DNA of 35,925 nucleotides from an uncultured Gemmatimonadaceae bacterium (GTDB taxonomy: Bacteria; Gemmatimonadota; Gemmatimonadetes; Gemmatimonadales; GWC2-71-9). The position numbers were made by a program, and so were the translations under genes. Below the pieces are notes generated by a model. That model saw only the letters and a program-made list of their open reading frames with translations. It did no database searches and was not told the origin of the DNA. Shown here piece by piece: positions 1 to 8,486 of this stretch (position 1 is its first letter; each line of letters opens with the position of its first letter). Where the stretch lies: the NCBI GenBank assembly GCA_964364615.1, contig CAYINH010000001.1:25965-61889 (forward strand), given 5' to 3'.

Positions 1-2
1 CG

Positions 3-815
3 GGAGCCGACTCGCTCGAATTCCGGGATATCCATGCCCTGAGCGCCGACCTGGCTTGGGCCATGACCGCCGGGCCGGGGCCCGCCTCCCGGATCTACCG
101 CACCACCGATGGCGGGAAGCACTGGGTGTTGCAGTGGACCAACCAGGAACCCAGGGCCTTCTTCGACTGCCTCTCCTTCTGGGACGAGCGACGCGGGATC
201 GCCATCAGTGACGGAGTGGATGGGGCGTTCGTGCTGACGGCCACCGACGATGGGGAGACCTGGCGGCGGGTACCGCCCGAGAGTTCGCCACCGGCCCGCG
301 AAGGGGAGGGGCTCTTTGCCGCGAGCGGGACCTGTCTCGTCACCCGCGGGACGAATCGAGCCTGGTTCGGCACCGGGGTCAATGCGGGACGGGTGGGGCG
401 GACCACCGATGGCGGCCGGAGCTGGTCTCTGGTCAACACTCCGATCCTCCAGAGCACCGGGACCGCGGGCCTCACCTCGCTGGTCTTCTTTGACGACCGG
501 ATCGGGCTCGGCGTCGGCGGGGATGTGGCCGCGCCGGACAGCCTGCGGGACCGGGTAGTGATGACCGAGGACGGGGGCGCCACCTGGCGGCTGGGCGGTG
601 ACCTGCCGTTTGGCGGGGCGGCCTTCGGCGCCGCGATGGTCGGTGGACACACCGCAGTCGCGGTGGGTCCGAAGGGGTCGGCCTGGACCAGTGACGGGGG
701 GAAGAGTTGGGCCGCGCTGGACACCCGGGACTACTGGAGCGTGGGGTTCGCCGGCAACAGCGGCTGGATGGTGGGCCCCGGAGGGAGAATCACCAAGGTG
801 GAATTCGCCAAGTGA
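3..815 (+). CDS. BNR/Asp-box repeat beta-propeller protein (Ycf48/sialidase-like), 5' end outside window
   Basis: The track ORF is 63..815, but the same frame is open from base 3 (GADSLEFRDIHALSADLAWA precedes the ATG). The gene therefore probably starts upstream of the window. Five regularly spaced Asp-box motifs (S/T-x-D-x-G-x-x-W) are present: TTDGGKHW, TDDGETW, TTDGGRSW, TEDGGATW, TSDGGKSW. G/C third-position bias is strong. Confidence 0.85.
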   Translation, partial: GADSLEFRDIHALSADLAWAMTAGPGPASRIYRTTDGGKHWVLQWTNQEPRAFFDCLSFWDERRGIAISDGVDGAFVLTATDDGETWRRVPPESSPPAREGEGLFAASGTCLVTRGTNRAWFGTGVNAGRVGRTTDGGRSWSLVNTPILQSTGTAGLTSLVFFDDRIGLGVGGDVAAPDSLRDRVVMTEDGGATWRLGGDLPFGGAAFGAAMVGGHTAVAVGPKGSAWTSDGGKSWAALDTRDYWSVGFAGNSGWMVGPGGRITKVEFAK

Positions 816-829
816 AGGTCGAGAAGGCG

Positions 830-1333
830 ATGGCCACCGTCTGGCACCTGGAGGTCCGGGGCCTGGCGGCACTGGTGCCGGCCCGCGGCGAGCGGCAGTT
901 TGGGCTGGAGCGGCTGATCGGTCCCACCCCGGCCGTTGCCAGGGCGCTGTACGCCGGCGTCGGGGCCGACTACCACTGGGCCGACCGGCTGCCGTGGAGT
1001 GATGCGGAGTGGGCTGAGCGAATCGCCGATCCCCGGGTCGAGTTCTGGCTCGCCAGTGAGGGCGGCACCCCGCTCGGCTACTTTGAACTCTGCCGGAATG
1101 ATCCGGAGACGATGGAAATCGCCTACTTCGGGCTGTTGCCGCATGCGGTGGGGAGGGGGCACGGTGGGCAGCTGCTGGAGGCCGCCGTCCGGCGGGGGTT
1201 CGAGGCTGGCGCCGAGCGGGTGTATCTCCACACCTGCTCGTTCGATCATCCGGCCGCTCTCAAGAACTACCAGGCCCGGGGGTTCACCGTCATCCGCACT
1301 GAGCAGAAGCTGGTGGCGGTGTCAGTGTCCTGA
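830..1333 (+). CDS. GNAT-family N-acetyltransferase
   Basis: This is the 3' part of track ORF 707..1333. The ATG at 830 follows the upstream stop (813-815); GTG at 812 is an alternative start. The acetyl-CoA-binding-type motif LLPHAVGRGHGGQLLEAAV (R-x-x-G-x-G) and the C-terminal NYQARGFTV segment are typical of the GNAT fold. Confidence 0.8.
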   Translation: MATVWHLEVRGLAALVPARGERQFGLERLIGPTPAVARALYAGVGADYHWADRLPWSDAEWAERIADPRVEFWLASEGGTPLGYFELCRNDPETMEIAYFGLLPHAVGRGHGGQLLEAAVRRGFEAGAERVYLHTCSFDHPAALKNYQARGFTVIRTEQKLVAVSVS

Positions 1334-1528
1334 GACCCCCGCCCGCATCATTCGCGTCACCTTTCGCTTGATCGGATTGTTCACCCAGTCGTAGTCCCCC
1401 ATTGCCACCAGGGTGTACCCGCTGTGCGGGGTACCGTAATAGTCCCCTGTTTGGTGCCTACGCGGACGGGAAGCCTACGCAAGCACCGACATGGCAATGC
1501 CATGCCTCGATCATTGAGTAAAGACTAT

Positions 1529-1582
1529 TTGTCATATTGACAAGGACATAAAATATCATTATTGTCCTTATCATAATGACAA
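1529..1582 (+). promoter_or_regulatory. AT-rich promoter/operator: 20-nt imperfect inverted repeat with consensus -35 and a -10; near-leaderless start
   Basis: This is the only strongly AT-rich stretch in the window. The left arm TTGTCATATTGACAAGGACA (1529-1548) matches the reverse complement of the right arm TGTCCTTATCATAATGACAA (1563-1582) at 17/20 positions, with a 14-nt A/T spacer. A perfect -35 TTGACA lies at 1537-1542, followed by a 17-bp spacer and TATTGT at 1560-1565. The ATG at 1576 sits inside the right arm about 10 nt after the -10, with no SD. Confidence 0.55.
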
Positions 1583-2898
1583 ACATACAAACCGTGCTCC
1601 TCCAACAACTTACCAACGCCATTGCCGGCCCGCTCCACGCCCTGACCCGGCGCGACGTCCGCCTCCCCGGAGTTCCGGGAAAGGCCATGGCGGTAGTCGG
1701 GATGCGACGAGCGGGGAAGACCACATTTCTGCGGCAGTGCCTGAGGGATCGGTTGGACCAGGGGCGGCCCAGGGAGTCCCTCGTCCTGCTGGGACTGGAA
1801 GACGACCGGCTGGCCGGAATCGAGACCTCGGACCTCGACTGGCTGGTGGAGGAATACTTCCGGCAATACCCAGCCCTCCGCCACGGGGGATCACTGACAC
1901 TCTGCCTGGATGAGATCCAGACCGTACCGGGCTGGGAACGATTGGCTCGGCGATTGATGGACACTGAGCAGATCGAACTCTTCTTGTCTGGATCGTCCGC
2001 GAAACTGTTGAGCCGGGAGGTCGCGACCGCCCTGCGGGGCAGGGCGATGGAAGTGCTGGTGCATCCGTTCTCGTTCCGGGAAGCGCTGCGGCACGCGGGT
2101 CAGGAGCCAGCCCAGTCCTGGGAGAAGCTCGACAAGGCCGAGCGCTCGACGCTGGAACACCACCTGCGCCAGTACCTGGTGGCGGGCGGCTTCCCGGAGG
2201 CCCAGGGCACGGAACCCCGCGATCGGATCCAGCTGCTCCGCAGCTACGTGGATACCACCGTCCTCCGGGACGTGATCGAACGCCACGCCGTCTCGAATCC
2301 GGTGGCGCTACGCTGGCTGCAGCGCCAACTCCTGGGATCCCCAGCCGGAGCATTCAGCGTCACCAAGTTCTTCGCGGCCATGCAGTCTCAAGGCATCGCG
2401 GTGGGCAAGGACACGGTCTACCAGTATCTATCCTACCTCGAGGATACCTTCCTGGTCCGGACGGTCTCGCTGCACACCGCCTCGGAGCGCCAGCGGATGG
2501 TGAATCCCCGCAAGGCCTATCCGGTGGATCCCGGGCTCATCAGCGTCTATGAGCGGTCCGGCCGGGCACAGGCCGGGCACGCGCTGGAGACCGCGGTGCT
2601 GGTCGAGCTGGAACGGCGCGGGTATGAGGCGGGCTACCTGAAAACCGCGGAGGACTGGGAGGTGGACTTCTTCGCGGTGGCTCCGGGGAAGCAATCACTC
2701 CTCATCCAGGTGTGCAGCGAGACTGGGAACCCGGCAACCCTCGACCGGGAACTCCGGGCTCTGCGGAGCGCCATGACCGTCCATCCAGCGGCGCGGCCAA
2801 TGCTGGTGACCCTCGATGGGGCACCGCCCCCTGCTGAGGTTCCGGACGGGGTCATCTGGTGGCCTGCCGCCCGATGGCTGCTCGAGCCAGAGGATTGA
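1576..2898 (+). CDS. AAA+ ATPase of the AAA_14 + DUF4143 (COG1373) type
   Basis: 440-aa ORF. Walker A is GMRRAGKTT (aa 42-50) and the Walker B-like segment is LTLCLDEIQ (aa 107-115). The C-terminal segment HALETAVLVELERRGYEAGYLKTAEDWEVDFF...LLIQVC resembles the PD-(D/E)xK-like DUF4143 module. Codon bias is host-like. Confidence 0.8.
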   Translation: MTNIQTVLLQQLTNAIAGPLHALTRRDVRLPGVPGKAMAVVGMRRAGKTTFLRQCLRDRLDQGRPRESLVLLGLEDDRLAGIETSDLDWLVEEYFRQYPALRHGGSLTLCLDEIQTVPGWERLARRLMDTEQIELFLSGSSAKLLSREVATALRGRAMEVLVHPFSFREALRHAGQEPAQSWEKLDKAERSTLEHHLRQYLVAGGFPEAQGTEPRDRIQLLRSYVDTTVLRDVIERHAVSNPVALRWLQRQLLGSPAGAFSVTKFFAAMQSQGIAVGKDTVYQYLSYLEDTFLVRTVSLHTASERQRMVNPRKAYPVDPGLISVYERSGRAQAGHALETAVLVELERRGYEAGYLKTAEDWEVDFFAVAPGKQSLLIQVCSETGNPATLDRELRALRSAMTVHPAARPMLVTLDGAPPPAEVPDGVIWWPAARWLLEPED

Positions 2899-2929
2899 GG
2901 ATGAGAGACTGCCCGAGGAGACCATCCTC
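2897..2929. terminator. Candidate bidirectional hairpin between convergent genes
   Basis: GAGGATG (2897-2903) pairs with CATCCTC (2923-2929), giving a 7-bp stem and 19-nt loop. The arms overlap the stop codons of both convergent genes (TGA 2896-2898; minus-strand stop 2928-2930). There is no U-tract. Confidence 0.3.
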
Positions 2930-4400
2930 ACCACCCCTTTCCCTCGATCAGCTTCATCAGGTTCCGCTTGGCCCGGTGCCGGGCGCGGATCGTCGCCAGG
3001 TATGAGGGAAAGTCAGCCGTCTGACCGATCCGCCCCATCAGGCGCCTGATACGACCCAGGAGGACGACGGCCTCCTGATAGGCGTCGTTGTTGGTCTGCT
3101 GAATGATCGGCTCGACCTGCTGCTGGTACACCGCGACCGCATCCGCGGGATGATCTTTCTCTCGCGTCTTGGCCAACTCCAGCCAGAGCCCGGCCTCGCA
3201 TCTTCCCGTCTGGGCTTCCTGCCAGGCCAGCTCGAACTCCTGTTCCCACAGGAACACCCGCACCAGCTCTGAATGGTCCCGCCGGCCAGCCCAGCCGAGC
3301 CCGGCACCGGCCGGAGCCCCACCAGAGGCGAGGGACGACCGAAGCTCGGCCAGCGCCCGGTCCCGCCACTGTTCCCACGCATCGATCAGCTCGGCATGGC
3401 GGTGGAGTTCCTGATACGCCCAAAGGAATGGAGTTTCCTCGAATCGCCGCCAGATCAACTGCATCGCCTCACCGTGGCGCCCCAGCCGATGGTAGCCGTT
3501 GGCGAGGAACTCCCGCAGTCGCTGATCCGTCTGGGTTGGAAAGGCGGCGACTCCGTGTTCGGCCCACTCCAGCGCGCGGTCAGGCTGCCCGGCTTCCTGG
3601 TACAGCTCGGCGATCTGGAGATAGTCGAATGCCTGGGAGAGATCCCGCGCCATGACGGCGACCAGCTCTTCGAGGTCGCCCGAAGTCTTCGCCAGCGTCT
3701 CCATGATGTGGGTAATCCGAAACCGTCCCGGATCGTAGGTCCTGTCCCCATCGCCGGGCCCCAGGGCCGGAAGCCGTGCCCACTCTTTCTCGGCCAGGCG
3801 GCGATACTCCGCCAACCCCTCTCTACCGAGCAGGTCAGCGTAGCGCTCCGCGGCCCCGAGGAAGGTGTCCCAATCGGTCCGAAGTTCCCATGAGAAGAGG
3901 GTCTTCGCCAGCACCTTCGGAGGAGGGACCGCCACCACGCAGGCGGCGTGGTGCAGTTGCTGGAGCCGCTCGAGGATCGGACTCATGTGGCCGTCCGAGT
4001 CGTCCATTCTGCCAAGCGCGGACTCGACCCGGCGCAGAGCATGCTCGATGAGAGTCATCGCCTCCGCACCGCGGCCGGCCTCCACCAGCCCCTCGAGCGC
4101 GTCCACTACGTCGTCAAGTCCCCTGGTGTAAGCGTACGCCTCCCGGTAGGGAATGAACCGCCGATGGCCCACCGCCTGATCGATCAACTGCCGGTATGTC
4201 TGCACACCCAGGTGCCGAGCACTGGCCGCGGCAACCTTCAACACCAGGTGGCGCCGCAGGTGGTCATCATCCTGGGCATGATCGAGCAGGAACTCGACCA
4301 GGGCTTCCTTGGGGGAGGCCAGCAGATCAGTGCGCAGTTTCGCCAACTCATCGCCGCTCATGGTTCCGTCACAGGTTGAAGGCGAAGAAGTGCCGGCCAC
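2928..4400 (-). CDS. Hypothetical all-alpha (TPR-like) repeat protein
   Basis: 490-aa ORF with strong G/C third-position bias; the alternative start ATG at 4361 gives MSGDELAKL. The protein is helix-rich and acidic/Arg-rich, with TPR-like segments (YLQIAELYQEAGQPDRALEWAEHGV, FLANGYHRLGRHGEAMQL). I see no catalytic motif. It lies 63 nt downstream of the 1340-aa regulator gene on the same strand. Confidence 0.7.
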   Translation of the reverse strand: MAGTSSPSTCDGTMSGDELAKLRTDLLASPKEALVEFLLDHAQDDDHLRRHLVLKVAAASARHLGVQTYRQLIDQAVGHRRFIPYREAYAYTRGLDDVVDALEGLVEAGRGAEAMTLIEHALRRVESALGRMDDSDGHMSPILERLQQLHHAACVVAVPPPKVLAKTLFSWELRTDWDTFLGAAERYADLLGREGLAEYRRLAEKEWARLPALGPGDGDRTYDPGRFRITHIMETLAKTSGDLEELVAVMARDLSQAFDYLQIAELYQEAGQPDRALEWAEHGVAAFPTQTDQRLREFLANGYHRLGRHGEAMQLIWRRFEETPFLWAYQELHRHAELIDAWEQWRDRALAELRSSLASGGAPAGAGLGWAGRRDHSELVRVFLWEQEFELAWQEAQTGRCEAGLWLELAKTREKDHPADAVAVYQQQVEPIIQQTNNDAYQEAVVLLGRIRRLMGRIGQTADFPSYLATIRARHRAKRNLMKLIEGKGW

Positions 4401-4432
4401 GACTGGTCCCGACCGCCCCTGATCGACCCGTG

Positions 4433-4470
4433 CCGGTAGCCCGTCGCCACGTTTCCGAACTGGCTACCGG
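4433..4470 (-). terminator. Intercistronic hairpin overlapping the stop codon of the 1340-aa gene
   Basis: CCGGTAGCC (4433-4441) pairs with GGCTACCGG (4462-4470), a perfect 9-bp stem with a 20-nt loop. The stop codon at 4464-4466 lies inside one arm. There is no U-tract, so this could be an attenuator or mRNA-processing site rather than a terminator. Confidence 0.3.
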
Positions 4471-7400
4471 CCTCGGTCGAGGATGCTCCAGTCCACGTCG
4501 GTCCGTACCCCGGTCCAGACCTGCAGCGGACCGACGAGCATCCTGGTGCCGACCGTCTGGCCGTACAAGGAGAAATTCCAGAAGTGTTGCGGATCCAGCA
4601 CGGCTCGGCCCCGGAAGATCGGGATTCCGTCGAGGGCTACCCCGCAGGTGCCATCCGGGAAGAGCTGGATGCGCAGACGATACCAGCTACCCGTTCTCAG
4701 TACGGAATCAGCCCTGAACTCATGCCCCAGTTGGTTGGAGGTCGCGCGCGCCAGCCCCATCGCCGCCGCGCCTTCTCCCCCCGGGATGTCGAATCCGCAA
4801 CTGGCCAGGGTGAGGATCCCGGACTGCAGGATTGGTCCCGACCGGAGGAACTTGACGCGGAGGCTTTGCCACTTCGGTTGTGAGATCGGTGTCGCGATGA
4901 CGGTTTCGAGCCCCAACCCCGCGCCACCGGCGATTCGGAGCCGGCTGAGCACCCCGCTCTCGAACTGTCCATCGCCATTGTTGATCAGTGCCGGGAGTCC
5001 GCCAGGGCCACTCACGATCGCGGGCACCGGATCGCCGTACCGCTGCCAGGCTTCCAGCGTCGGGTCTGTCCATTCCTCCCGAAACACGGTGGCCCAACCG
5101 GCGGGCACCACTTCCAGGACCAGCGAGTCGCGACGCCATCCGCCTGCGGACACCCGAACGGTCACCCGACCCGCTCTCAACGGATGGAGGACTCCGCTTT
5201 GTTTGGAGATCACAGCGATGGAGATGTCGGAGACCTCCCAGGCCTGGATCCCGGAGTGCACCGCCACCGTGTCTCCTTCCCCATTCAAGCCGACCGCCGT
5301 GAGGAAGTGGCTGATTCCCAGAATCGCCGGCCCCGACGCCGGCGCAATCCGGACGCTTTCGATGACTCCATGGCTGGCAGCAGGTTGATCCCAACCGAAA
5401 CGGTAGCCCCCGACCGTGATGGTCTCCTCCCACGGGCGCCAGCTCCCGGGTTCACCAACTCGGCCAACGACCAGGCGGCCGCCACCCAGCAGACTGACTC
5501 CGGCCATCCAGCTTCCTCCGGGCTGCACTCGAGCCGACTGCAAACCGGTTGTGACGACGGTAGTGATGCTGGTGGAGTCCACGGCCCATTCCGAAAGGAG
5601 CGCCCCATCGGAGTCGCCCGAGGATTGAAAGCGCAACCGGCGGGAGTCGGTCCAACTGAGCTCTCGAGGGTCCCGGTAGCTCGGGTAGCTCGGCGGGGTG
5701 CACTGTTCCCACGATCCGTCCACCGTGACCCAGCAGATCGTTCGGAGCCCGCTTGACGCGTCGAGTCGGGTGAAGGCAGCCCGGGTACCGTCAGGCGACC
5801 AGGCCGGATGACCGTCGGAGTCCGGCCCGGCAGTGAGCTGCCGGATCTCTCCGGTGGCCAGATCGAGAATGGCGATGTCGGAATCTTCGTCACCATGCGG
5901 AGTCCAGCGAGCGGTGCCGAAGACGATCGCCGATCCATCGGGGGCCCAGGCGGGACCGAAGTCGTCACCGGGCGCCTCCGTCAGCCGGCGGATCCGGCCA
6001 TCGGGCTCTCGCAACACCAGGTCGATGCCCCCGGAATCCGGGAACACACGGTCGAACAGGATGCGCCCCCCGTCGGGGGCCGGAACGATGGTGGTGTAGT
6101 ATGAGTACCCCTCAGGCAGCACCCCGATCCTCTTTCCCTCGGCGAGAGTGAGCGGCACCCCGACCGGCCAGCGAGCCGGGAAGATCGGAATCTGGTAGAG
6201 CTCCATTCGCTCTCCGGCCTGGACATCACCGATGGCGGCAAGCAGGGTGGCCTCCGGCAGTCCGGCGGGCCGCCGGGCCAGTACCATCGCCAGGGGCAGG
6301 AGCGAGAGTGCGGCCAGGGCGGCCGCCACCGCCGTCCTGCTGGTGTGGTAGGTCCACCGCTCCACCGCCCGCATCTCGTGGGTCAGCCGGGTGACCTCGC
6401 TGGGGCCGGCATCGGGGCCGAGCGCCTGCCGGGCCAGGGCCTGCAGGGTGATCGGCTCCTTCCGCTGCCGAGCCCTGCGGGCCTGGGCCTTGAACAGGCG
6501 GACGAGGGCGTCGGGTTGCCCGGCGTGGCGCCAGTGGCGTGCGGCGCGCTGGTAGGCGCCGGGATCCTGCCCGATCCGGCCCGAGGTCCAGCTCGCCAGA
6601 GCGGCATGCGCGGCGGTCAGTTGGTCGGGGGTCGCCAGGCGGAGGGCGGCGGCCGCGATCTCGTCGTGGGCCGGGAGCAGCAGTTCCCCGGTGCGGGTGA
6701 TGAGACCCGCCTGTTCGAGCTGGTCAACGGCGGCTTCCCAGCCGATCCCCATCGCGCTCAGGGCTCGGCCCGGGAGGGGGACCTGGGCCACCGCAAGCCA
6801 GCGGAGCGCGGTGCGTGGGTCTTCCCGCAGGGTCCCGATCCGGTGCCGCAGCGGATCCACTTCGGCCAGATCTGCGATCATCGCCTCGGGATCGTCCCAC
6901 CGCCACCCCTCGGCGCCGATCTCCAGCCGGCCGCGCTGGATGGCCAGCTGGAGCAGCTCCAGGCCAAGCAGCGGCGAGCCACCGGATGCCTGGTGGAGTA
7001 CTGCGGCAAGCCGGGGAACGGCCGGGTGGTTCGGGTCCGAACCCAGGCTGGTCAGGAGCGCCTCGACCGCGGGCAGGGTCAACGGTTCCAGGTTGACCCT
7101 GACGGTCGCTGACCCCGCCGGCACGCCCCGGGTTTCCTCACGCGCCGCCGTGACGACCAGTACCCGGGCCGGCGCGAGCCGGTCCACCAGCCCGTCAATG
7201 ATGGCCCATGACGTATCATCGACCCAATGCAGATCGTCCAGCAACAGGACGAGGGGCGCTTCCTGGGCCACGCTTTCCACCAGCTCGGCGAGGGCCAGGG
7301 TGCGGTAGGGGACGCTGCCCGGTGTGCGCCGGGTGGCCGGAGCGGCGGGCAGGAAGGAGGACAGCGAGGGCGCCAGGGTCGTGAGTTCCGCGAGGGCGTC

Positions 7401-8486
7401 GGGGGAGACCCCGGTGACGCCCGGCAACTGGCCCAGGGCGTGAACCAGATCCCCGAGGAAGGCGCAGTCGCGGTGGCGCTCCCCGGGGGTGCCACGAACC
7501 TGGACGATTCGTCCGCGGCTGATCCGGAGGCGTCGCGCCAATTCCTCGAGGAGTCTGGTCTTGCCGAGTCCGGCCGGCGCCGAGAGGTGGACGTGCCGCC
7601 CGGGCCGGGTCTGGCTCGCTGGCCAGGCCTCGAGCAGCAGGGCAAACTCGCGCTCCCGGCCAACCAGCTCCGGGTTCAGCCGATCAGGCCCGCCGGGCGC
7701 TGAACCGGCTGGGGACGGGACCTCCGGCTGGCGGAGCCGTGCCAGCAGCCGGGCGGTGGCAGGTTCCGGCTCCCGGTCGCTGGCGTGCAACTGGCCCAGG
7801 AGGGCGTCGGCTTCCAGCGACGCGCCGGGGCGATTGCCGGCGGCGAGCAGGGACTCGAGCAGCAGCCGCCAGGCGGGTTCAGAGGCGGGGCAGAGGTCGC
7901 GGGCCTTGCTGGCCAGGCGGAGGGCGTCCCTAGGGTTGGGCCGGTCCAGCGCCTGGCGGACCGCGGATTCGGCGGCGCGCAGGAAGGCTGCCTGGAGCTG
8001 GTCCCGCTCCAGGTCGGCCCACTGCTCGAACCCCGCGGCACCCGGCGCCGCGTAGGCGGGAAAGAACTGGCCGCCGTACAACCCGACCGCTTCGGAGGCG
8101 CGTCCGCCGTGGATTGCCGCCAGGAAGAGGTCCCGGTCACAGGTAAGGTCGAGATTCAGGGTGACCGATTCGCCAACCGAGGTGATCGCCTCGGCGCCCA
8201 GAGCGGCCCGAATCCGGTAGATGGTCTGGCGGAGGGTCTGTCGGGCGGCTTCCGGGGAACAGTCGTTCCAGAACCGGTCGGTCAGGTGCTCCCGGGTGGC
8301 GGTGCGGCCGGGTGAGCAGTGGAGATATACGACCAGGGCCAAGCCCTTGCCGGGGGGCAGGCGGTCGGCGCCGGGGGCTCCGGTTGCCTGGTCAGCCTCG
8401 GCCAGGCGTGCGGTACCCAGGGTGAGGAGCGTGAAACGCCCGTCAGCGGTTGGGAGGTGGGATTGGAATTGTCTCGGACTGCTCAT
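4464..8486 (-). CDS. Membrane-anchored SARP-family regulator fused to a STAND ATPase and periplasmic TolB-like propeller, Big_2 and LamG-like domains
   Basis: 1340-aa ORF starting at ATG 8486.
- aa 1-255: winged helix plus BTAD (LRQTIYRIRAAL; FFPAYAAPGAAGFEQWADLERDQL).
- aa ~270-460: AAA_16/STAND ATPase (Walker A APAGLGKTRLL, Walker B LVLLLDDLHWVD), followed by a helical region.
- aa ~717-737: one hydrophobic helix (TAVAAALAALSLLPLAMVLA) flanked by Arg.
- PD40/TolB-type repeats (PAWAPDGSAIVF, PAWSPDGTRAAFTR).
- aa ~1040-1127: Big_2-like Ig domain (AWEVSDISIAVISKQSGVLHPLRAGRVTVRVSAGG).
- A jelly-roll-like C-terminus of about 210 aa. Confidence 0.85.
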   Translation of the reverse strand: MSSPRQFQSHLPTADGRFTLLTLGTARLAEADQATGAPGADRLPPGKGLALVVYLHCSPGRTATREHLTDRFWNDCSPEAARQTLRQTIYRIRAALGAEAITSVGESVTLNLDLTCDRDLFLAAIHGGRASEAVGLYGGQFFPAYAAPGAAGFEQWADLERDQLQAAFLRAAESAVRQALDRPNPRDALRLASKARDLCPASEPAWRLLLESLLAAGNRPGASLEADALLGQLHASDREPEPATARLLARLRQPEVPSPAGSAPGGPDRLNPELVGREREFALLLEAWPASQTRPGRHVHLSAPAGLGKTRLLEELARRLRISRGRIVQVRGTPGERHRDCAFLGDLVHALGQLPGVTGVSPDALAELTTLAPSLSSFLPAAPATRRTPGSVPYRTLALAELVESVAQEAPLVLLLDDLHWVDDTSWAIIDGLVDRLAPARVLVVTAAREETRGVPAGSATVRVNLEPLTLPAVEALLTSLGSDPNHPAVPRLAAVLHQASGGSPLLGLELLQLAIQRGRLEIGAEGWRWDDPEAMIADLAEVDPLRHRIGTLREDPRTALRWLAVAQVPLPGRALSAMGIGWEAAVDQLEQAGLITRTGELLLPAHDEIAAAALRLATPDQLTAAHAALASWTSGRIGQDPGAYQRAARHWRHAGQPDALVRLFKAQARRARQRKEPITLQALARQALGPDAGPSEVTRLTHEMRAVERWTYHTSRTAVAAALAALSLLPLAMVLARRPAGLPEATLLAAIGDVQAGERMELYQIPIFPARWPVGVPLTLAEGKRIGVLPEGYSYYTTIVPAPDGGRILFDRVFPDSGGIDLVLREPDGRIRRLTEAPGDDFGPAWAPDGSAIVFGTARWTPHGDEDSDIAILDLATGEIRQLTAGPDSDGHPAWSPDGTRAAFTRLDASSGLRTICWVTVDGSWEQCTPPSYPSYRDPRELSWTDSRRLRFQSSGDSDGALLSEWAVDSTSITTVVTTGLQSARVQPGGSWMAGVSLLGGGRLVVGRVGEPGSWRPWEETITVGGYRFGWDQPAASHGVIESVRIAPASGPAILGISHFLTAVGLNGEGDTVAVHSGIQAWEVSDISIAVISKQSGVLHPLRAGRVTVRVSAGGWRRDSLVLEVVPAGWATVFREEWTDPTLEAWQRYGDPVPAIVSGPGGLPALINNGDGQFESGVLSRLRIAGGAGLGLETVIATPISQPKWQSLRVKFLRSGPILQSGILTLASCGFDIPGGEGAAAMGLARATSNQLGHEFRADSVLRTGSWYRLRIQLFPDGTCGVALDGIPIFRGRAVLDPQHFWNFSLYGQTVGTRMLVGPLQVWTGVRTDVDWSILDRGR

